Assembly: GCA_963769025.1 (NCBI GenBank)
Contig: CAVYKI010000003.1
Coordinates: forward strand, 160,001-224,000
Direction: 5' to 3'
Origin: an uncultured Verrucomicrobiae bacterium
Lineage (GTDB): Bacteria > Verrucomicrobiota > Verrucomicrobiia > Chthoniobacterales > Chthoniobacteraceae
Length of the DNA: 64,000 bases
The notes beneath the pieces were generated by a model, which did no database searches, was not told where the DNA came from, and saw nothing but the letters and a program-made list of their open reading frames with translations. Positions 62,161-64,000 of the stretch are shown piece after piece; the first letter of the stretch is position 1, and each line of letters opens with the position of its first letter. The translations under genes and the position numbers were made by a program.

Positions 62161-63987
<1,827 letters not shown>

Positions 63988-64000
63988 CCGCGCACCTACC

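Overview
GC-rich bacterial chromosomal segment, probably Verrucomicrobiota (inferred from a PEP-CTERM protein, a DUF5069-like protein and the gene content; not proven). Many genes, including essential ones, are broken by single-base insertions, most likely sequencing or assembly errors. Left to right: (1) end of a GH63 glycosidase gene; (2) an ~18 kb redox locus (2013-19751) encoding a decaheme cytochrome/LVIVD-repeat fusion, an outer-membrane beta-barrel, a tandem GlcG/HbpS-like heme-binding protein with FG-GAP repeats, a c554-like tetraheme, a His-rich membrane protein, a second decaheme, an FeS-cNMP-cNMP-polyferredoxin fusion and a NuoE-NuoF fusion; (3) TetR + RND efflux pump; (4) tmRNA; (5) Rrf2/rarA; (6) an arsM-arsS-type organoarsenic operon; (7) housekeeping genes (pyrF, purA, uppS, hisS, recF); (8) a phosphate cluster with PiT, an OprO/P-type porin, a PhoU-pseudo-ArsC fusion, pstSCA and two reciprocally degenerate pstB genes; (9) bioB, tRNA-Val(GAC), a STAS protein and deaD. 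The redox locus is the best candidate for an undescribed system: a possible cyclic-nucleotide-gated electron conduit from NAD(P)H to the cell surface. All family assignments come from motif recognition, not database searches.
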